A stretch of DNA of 64,000 nt from Candidatus Latescibacterota bacterium (GTDB taxonomy: Bacteria > Latescibacterota > UBA2968), in the NCBI GenBank assembly GCA_965222605.1, contig OZ244960.1, positions 768,001 through 832,000 on the forward strand. Direction: 5' to 3'. The translations under genes and the position numbers were made by a program. Under the pieces are notes generated by a model, which was given only the letters and a program-made list of their open reading frames with translations, searched no databases and was not told the origin of the DNA. Shown piece by piece: positions 59,668 through 64,000 of the stretch (its first letter is position 1; the number at the start of each line of letters is the position of its first letter).

Positions 59668-60801
59668 ATGGCAATTGATCTGGTGACTTCCGAAGCTATT
59701 GAAGTGATAAATCCGACTGGAAGGCGCGTATTGCAACTGACGACAAATGCACGGCGATCGGTGCATGGGTATTACGATCTACCCCCGTGGTCGCCTGTGG
59801 ACGGGCGCATCGCATTTAGCCGCATGGATACACCGGGTTCAAAGATGGGTGATATTTGCGTCATGGATGCCGATGGGAGCAACTTGCACAAAGTGGCAGA
59901 ATCGCAGGCAATGTCCCCCAATGGCGGCGCGCTGGCGCAATGGGCGTCGGATGGATCGCGGGTGTACTTTAAGGATCGGGACCGCGAGACCCGTTTGATC
60001 GGATGGGTAGATCCAGACACGGGTATGTCGGGCACGCACCCTGGAGACCTGCGGATGATTTCACCCGCTGGACACCTGCATGCCTATCACACCATGCATG
60101 GGGATTACGCCGAAGACGACGTGCCGAAAATGAAGGATGTACACGGCGTATTTGCACAGGACCTGGAGACGGGTGAATCCAAACAACTCGCAACCCTTTC
60201 CGATTGTTTGGCACTCCATCCCCGCCGAGACGAAATTGCCGACTGGCATCTATTTGTCAAGCACACCAAATGGTCGCCCGATGGCTCCCGGATGATGTTT
60301 GTATTCACTAACGAAATTCATTTTGACCAGAAATACGGCGAACTTCCCAGAGTAAAAGATGTGTACGTCATCAATGCCGACGGCTCCAATCTCAAGCGCA
60401 TAGGCGAATTTGGCAATCACCCGCTGTGGCATCCCAATGGTCGAGAAATATTGACCAACAGCCCGTTTGAAGAATCGCAGGGCAATAAACTGGTACTGAC
60501 CGATGTGGAAACGGGTGAAGAGCGTTTGGCAGCAACCTGCGCAAAGGGATCGGGACATCCCTCCTTTTCCCCAGACGGCAAATACATTGTGATAGATGTG
60601 GTGAACAACACAACAAAAGAAGCCAAAATTTTGCTGGTAGATGTCGAAACCGATACCGTTGAAACGCTATTGGAACTCTCAGTCTTTGACCACTCTCATG
60701 CCGGAACCCATCTGCACCCGGTATGGCGGCAAGATAGCTCGCAGGTTCTATACGCCAGCGACGCATCCGAAATTTGCCAATTATGTGTGTGTGACGTGTA
60801 A
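59668..60801 (+). CDS. TolB-like / oligogalacturonate-lyase-like beta-propeller protein
   Basis: Repeated WSP.DG, HTKWSPDG, HP.WHPNG, HPSFSPDG, HLHPVW; GGAGG RBS. Confidence 0.75.
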   Translation: MAIDLVTSEAIEVINPTGRRVLQLTTNARRSVHGYYDLPPWSPVDGRIAFSRMDTPGSKMGDICVMDADGSNLHKVAESQAMSPNGGALAQWASDGSRVYFKDRDRETRLIGWVDPDTGMSGTHPGDLRMISPAGHLHAYHTMHGDYAEDDVPKMKDVHGVFAQDLETGESKQLATLSDCLALHPRRDEIADWHLFVKHTKWSPDGSRMMFVFTNEIHFDQKYGELPRVKDVYVINADGSNLKRIGEFGNHPLWHPNGREILTNSPFEESQGNKLVLTDVETGEERLAATCAKGSGHPSFSPDGKYIVIDVVNNTTKEAKILLVDVETDTVETLLELSVFDHSHAGTHLHPVWRQDSSQVLYASDASEICQLCVCDV

Positions 60802-60812
60802 AGGAGAACCCC

Positions 60813-61646
60813 ATGCCCGTGAAATCCGTTTATATGATGACCGATTTGGAAGGCGCAGCCGGAGTAGATGACTGGGATCCGAGACACCGGGCAGATGCGA
60901 CAACGGCAAAAGGCGTGTATGACCGCGCTGAGATGCAGCGATTGTTGACCGGTGAAGTCAATGCCGCAGCCAAAGGATTATTTGCAGCAGGCGTAGAAGA
61001 AATAATCATCAATGACGCGCATGGGGCGGGACGCACGATCTTGTCAGAAGAATTGATCTCAGGTGTAAAACTCGTACAGGGCGTCAACCGCCCCTGCTGG
61101 TTGCCGGGATTATCGCCCAGATTTGACGCACTGATCCAGGTGGGCATGCATGCGATGACCGGCACCCCCAACGGATGTCTCGCGCATTCGATGAGCCGCA
61201 ATATGGTCTATCGCGTCAATGGTGTCGAAGTCGGCGAGATGGAAATGGCGGCTTATTTGTGTGGCCATCTGGGTATTCCCTGGGTCTTTACATCGGGCGA
61301 TTTGCACGCATGCACCGAATCCGAGCGCTGGGTCAACCGCATTGTCACAGCACCTGTAAAAGAAGGCCTGGGAGAATTATGTGCTCTCCACATGGCGCCA
61401 GTAGATGCTCGCGCCCTCATCAAGACGCGCGTTTATGAAGCCATGGAGATCGTTGAAAATATCGAACCACTCATTGCAGAAAGTCCTGTAGTAATGGAGG
61501 TAACGCGCCCAGAACCCGGACCTTCCTCAATACGAGAAGGGTGTGAGCGCGTGGATGACTTTACAGTTCGGTGTGAAGGCGAATCCTTCTGGCAGGTATT
61601 TCATCACTATGTTTATGGCAAGCCGGATTTTCCGGTTCCCGCGTAA
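60813..61646 (+). CDS. M55-family D-aminopeptidase (DppA-like)
   Basis: TDLEG.AGV, EVNAA..G, NDAHG, VGMHA, AHS, G.P..F.SGD. Confidence 0.88.
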   Translation: MPVKSVYMMTDLEGAAGVDDWDPRHRADATTAKGVYDRAEMQRLLTGEVNAAAKGLFAAGVEEIIINDAHGAGRTILSEELISGVKLVQGVNRPCWLPGLSPRFDALIQVGMHAMTGTPNGCLAHSMSRNMVYRVNGVEVGEMEMAAYLCGHLGIPWVFTSGDLHACTESERWVNRIVTAPVKEGLGELCALHMAPVDARALIKTRVYEAMEIVENIEPLIAESPVVMEVTRPEPGPSSIREGCERVDDFTVRCEGESFWQVFHHYVYGKPDFPVPA

Positions 61647-61670
61647 TTTCTTCGCATTATAGGAGGATGT

Positions 61671-62378
61671 ATGAAAGTCAAAATAGAGAATCAATTTCGA
61701 GCACCTTATGGTGTGCCAAACGGTTTGCAACTCACTGACGATGGTTTGTGGATTGTAGATCAGATGACAGACCGGGTAGCGTTAATGAGTATAAAAGACG
61801 ATGATAAAGACGATTATTACGGCAATCGCCGCCTGTTGAGAGACATCCCATCGGAATCCTCAAATACCAGTGGCATGGCCGCAGGTGATGGATCGTTGTG
61901 GTTGGCCGCCAATGGGCCGGGACAACGCTGGCGGCTGTCGCGCGAGACCGATGCGCCCCAGGGTGAAATTTTGCGCGTGGATCCCTGTAACGGAGAAACA
62001 CAGGGCCGCTGGGCACTACCCACTGGTGGCGGCACGCACGGCGTGGAATACGATGTGATTGAACCGGGCACATTGTGGCTGACGACCTTAAAAGAACAGA
62101 CCATTACGCAGATGCGTATTGCAGATTGGTCCGTCATCCGAACATTAAAACTGCCTTTGCATCGCGCACACGGCGTGGTGCGAATGGAAGAAGATTCGAT
62201 CTGGGTGGTTCATACAGGTGATCGGGTAATAGTCAAACTGGACCTGGCTACCAATGCAGAACTCGACCGCATTGTGGTGCCCGAACCGCATCCCGAACCG
62301 CACGGGCTGTCCATCTGCGAGGGTGGATTCTTGTATTGCGATGCCACATCGGGGTGGGTCTCTAAAATTTCGTGGTAA
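61671..62378 (+). CDS. Small beta-propeller protein (Vgb/glutaminyl-cyclase-like)
   Basis: Repeated PNGL..GLW, SGM..LW, HGV..LW, HG..IW, PHGL blades. Confidence 0.6.
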   Translation: MKVKIENQFRAPYGVPNGLQLTDDGLWIVDQMTDRVALMSIKDDDKDDYYGNRRLLRDIPSESSNTSGMAAGDGSLWLAANGPGQRWRLSRETDAPQGEILRVDPCNGETQGRWALPTGGGTHGVEYDVIEPGTLWLTTLKEQTITQMRIADWSVIRTLKLPLHRAHGVVRMEEDSIWVVHTGDRVIVKLDLATNAELDRIVVPEPHPEPHGLSICEGGFLYCDATSGWVSKISW

Positions 62379-62412
62379 GACACATGCGGGACGCTTCTGT
62401 TATCTTTCAATT

Positions 62413-62440
62413 AGCCCCGGTCCTCCGGGGCTTTTCTTTC
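62413..62440 (+). terminator. Rho-independent terminator
   Basis: AGCCCCGG-TCCT-CCGGGGCT followed by TTTCTTT. Confidence 0.8.
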
Positions 62441-62458
62441 TGACAACTGAGGTATGTG

Positions 62459-64000
62459 ATGAGTAATCGAGCGGTAATCGGCGTCGATGTGGGCACGGGC
62501 AGTGTGCGGGCAGGTGTATTTGACTTAGACGGCACCATGCTGGGCACCGCATCCTCGTCCATTCTGGAATTTAATCCCAAACCCGATTTTTACGAACAAT
62601 CCTCGGAGAATATCTGGGCAGAAACCGGGAAAGTCGTTCGCCAGGCCATCGCCCAATCTGACCTCTCACCCGATGCGATAATCGGCATGAGCTTTGACGC
62701 AACCTGTTCTCTCGTCGTCTTAGATGCCGATGGACAGCCGCTGACCGTATCTGAAACGGGCGAAACCGAGCGCAACATCATCGTGTGGCGAGATCACCGC
62801 GCGATTGATCAGACGAATCGAATCAATGCGGGTGGATATGATGTGTTGCAATATGTCGGGGGCACGATGTCGCCCGAGCAAGAGCCACCAAAACTATTGT
62901 GGATCAAAGAAAACCTGCCCGAAACATGGCAAAAGGCGGGCAAGTTTTTTGATCTCGCAGATTTTATGGTGTACAAAGCAACGGGGACCGACCGCCGCAG
63001 TTTGTGTACCAACGTATGCAAATGGACCTATCTGGGCCATGAATCGCGCTGGGATCGCACCTTCTTTGACGCCATTGGTCTGGGCGATTTATTTGACGGT
63101 GGAAAAGTGACAGAAGATGTCGCGCCCATGGGCGAAAACGCGGGCACCCTGAGTGCCAAAGCCGCCGACTTGATGGGATTGACAACACAAACAGCCGTGG
63201 GTGTCGGCATCATCGATGCACATGCAGGTGGTATTGGCGTTGGGGTCAGCGAACCGATTTTGGCATTGATCGGCGGCACATCGTCGTGCCACATGGCCGT
63301 ATCAAAAAATGCGCGATTTATCCCCGGTGTGTGGGGACCTTATTTCGGTGCAATGCTGCCGGGCTTGTGGCTCAGCGAAGGCGGGCAAAGTGCAACGGGC
63401 GCGTTATTGGATCACACCATCGAGCGATTTGGCATGGTCAAAGAAGAAGATCACTACTGGCATGTACTCACCGGAAAAGAAATCAATGCCGTGTACGCAG
63501 ACCTCAACGCGTACATTGCCGCAAAAGGCTTGTGCTCAGATTGGACTGAGCGGCTCCATATTTTGCCCGATCACCACGGCAACCGCTCTCCCAAAGCCGA
63601 TCCCAACGCACGGGGAATGATGGATGGCTTGACCCTGGATATGTCCTACAACACGCTGGCGCAAATTTATCACGCGACCATTCAGGCCGTGGCTTATGGC
63701 ACGCGCAATATTATCGACGAAATGGAAAAACAGGGCTACGCAATTGAGCAGATCAATGCGTGTGGGGGCGGCACAAAAAACGAACTGTGGATCCGCGAAC
63801 ACGCCGACGCCACGCAGCGCCCCATTCACCTGCCAAAAGAACCCGAAGCCGTATTACTCGGGTCAGCAATCCTCGGCGCCGTCGCCGCGGGTGCTTATGC
63901 GTCAATCCAGGAAGCGATGGGCGCGATGTGTCACGCGGGCGAAGTGATCGAACCCAATCGCGACAACGCAGATTATCACGCATGGAAATACGAACAACAG
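62459..64000 (+). CDS. FGGY-family pentulose/ribulokinase, 3' end outside the window (absent from the ORF track)
   Basis: Own translation: MSNRAVIGVDVGTGSVRAG.., SFDATCSL, W.DHRA, SPEQEPPK, IDAHAG, GTSSCHM, EGGQSATG, GNRSP. Confidence 0.92.
   Translation, partial: MSNRAVIGVDVGTGSVRAGVFDLDGTMLGTASSSILEFNPKPDFYEQSSENIWAETGKVVRQAIAQSDLSPDAIIGMSFDATCSLVVLDADGQPLTVSETGETERNIIVWRDHRAIDQTNRINAGGYDVLQYVGGTMSPEQEPPKLLWIKENLPETWQKAGKFFDLADFMVYKATGTDRRSLCTNVCKWTYLGHESRWDRTFFDAIGLGDLFDGGKVTEDVAPMGENAGTLSAKAADLMGLTTQTAVGVGIIDAHAGGIGVGVSEPILALIGGTSSCHMAVSKNARFIPGVWGPYFGAMLPGLWLSEGGQSATGALLDHTIERFGMVKEEDHYWHVLTGKEINAVYADLNAYIAAKGLCSDWTERLHILPDHHGNRSPKADPNARGMMDGLTLDMSYNTLAQIYHATIQAVAYGTRNIIDEMEKQGYAIEQINACGGGTKNELWIREHADATQRPIHLPKEPEAVLLGSAILGAVAAGAYASIQEAMGAMCHAGEVIEPNRDNADYHAWKYEQQ

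Overview
Bacterial chromosomal window. PorV/PorQ-like and GWxTD-like fragments, EF-hand/dockerin-type C-termini and two DUF6785-like membrane proteins suggest an FCB-group lineage such as Latescibacterota/Gemmatimonadota (inference). Housekeeping and catabolic genes (thrC, prmA, gmd, dehydrogenases, amidase, aminotransferase, sulfatase-like hydrolase, FGGY kinase) flank two accessory regions. (1) 10.2-25.5 kb: a sigma54-type promoter with candidate enhancer and IHF sites precedes a large secreted FN3/Ig-repeat protein carrying a Vps62/NPP1-like core. It is followed by five start-less copies of its own 3' end, alternating with seven divergent secreted genes (families A and B) that end in an outer-membrane beta-signal. 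This stacked cassette array has no recombinase or reverse transcriptase in the window. (2) 29.2-45.1 kb: a Type I restriction-modification locus with several putative defence/TA genes and short remnants of gene 3' ends, the same duplication signature as region 1. Several genes are collapsed by internal deletions. No rRNA, tRNA, CRISPR array, integrase or transposase was recognised. All family calls come from motif reading by eye, not from database searches.
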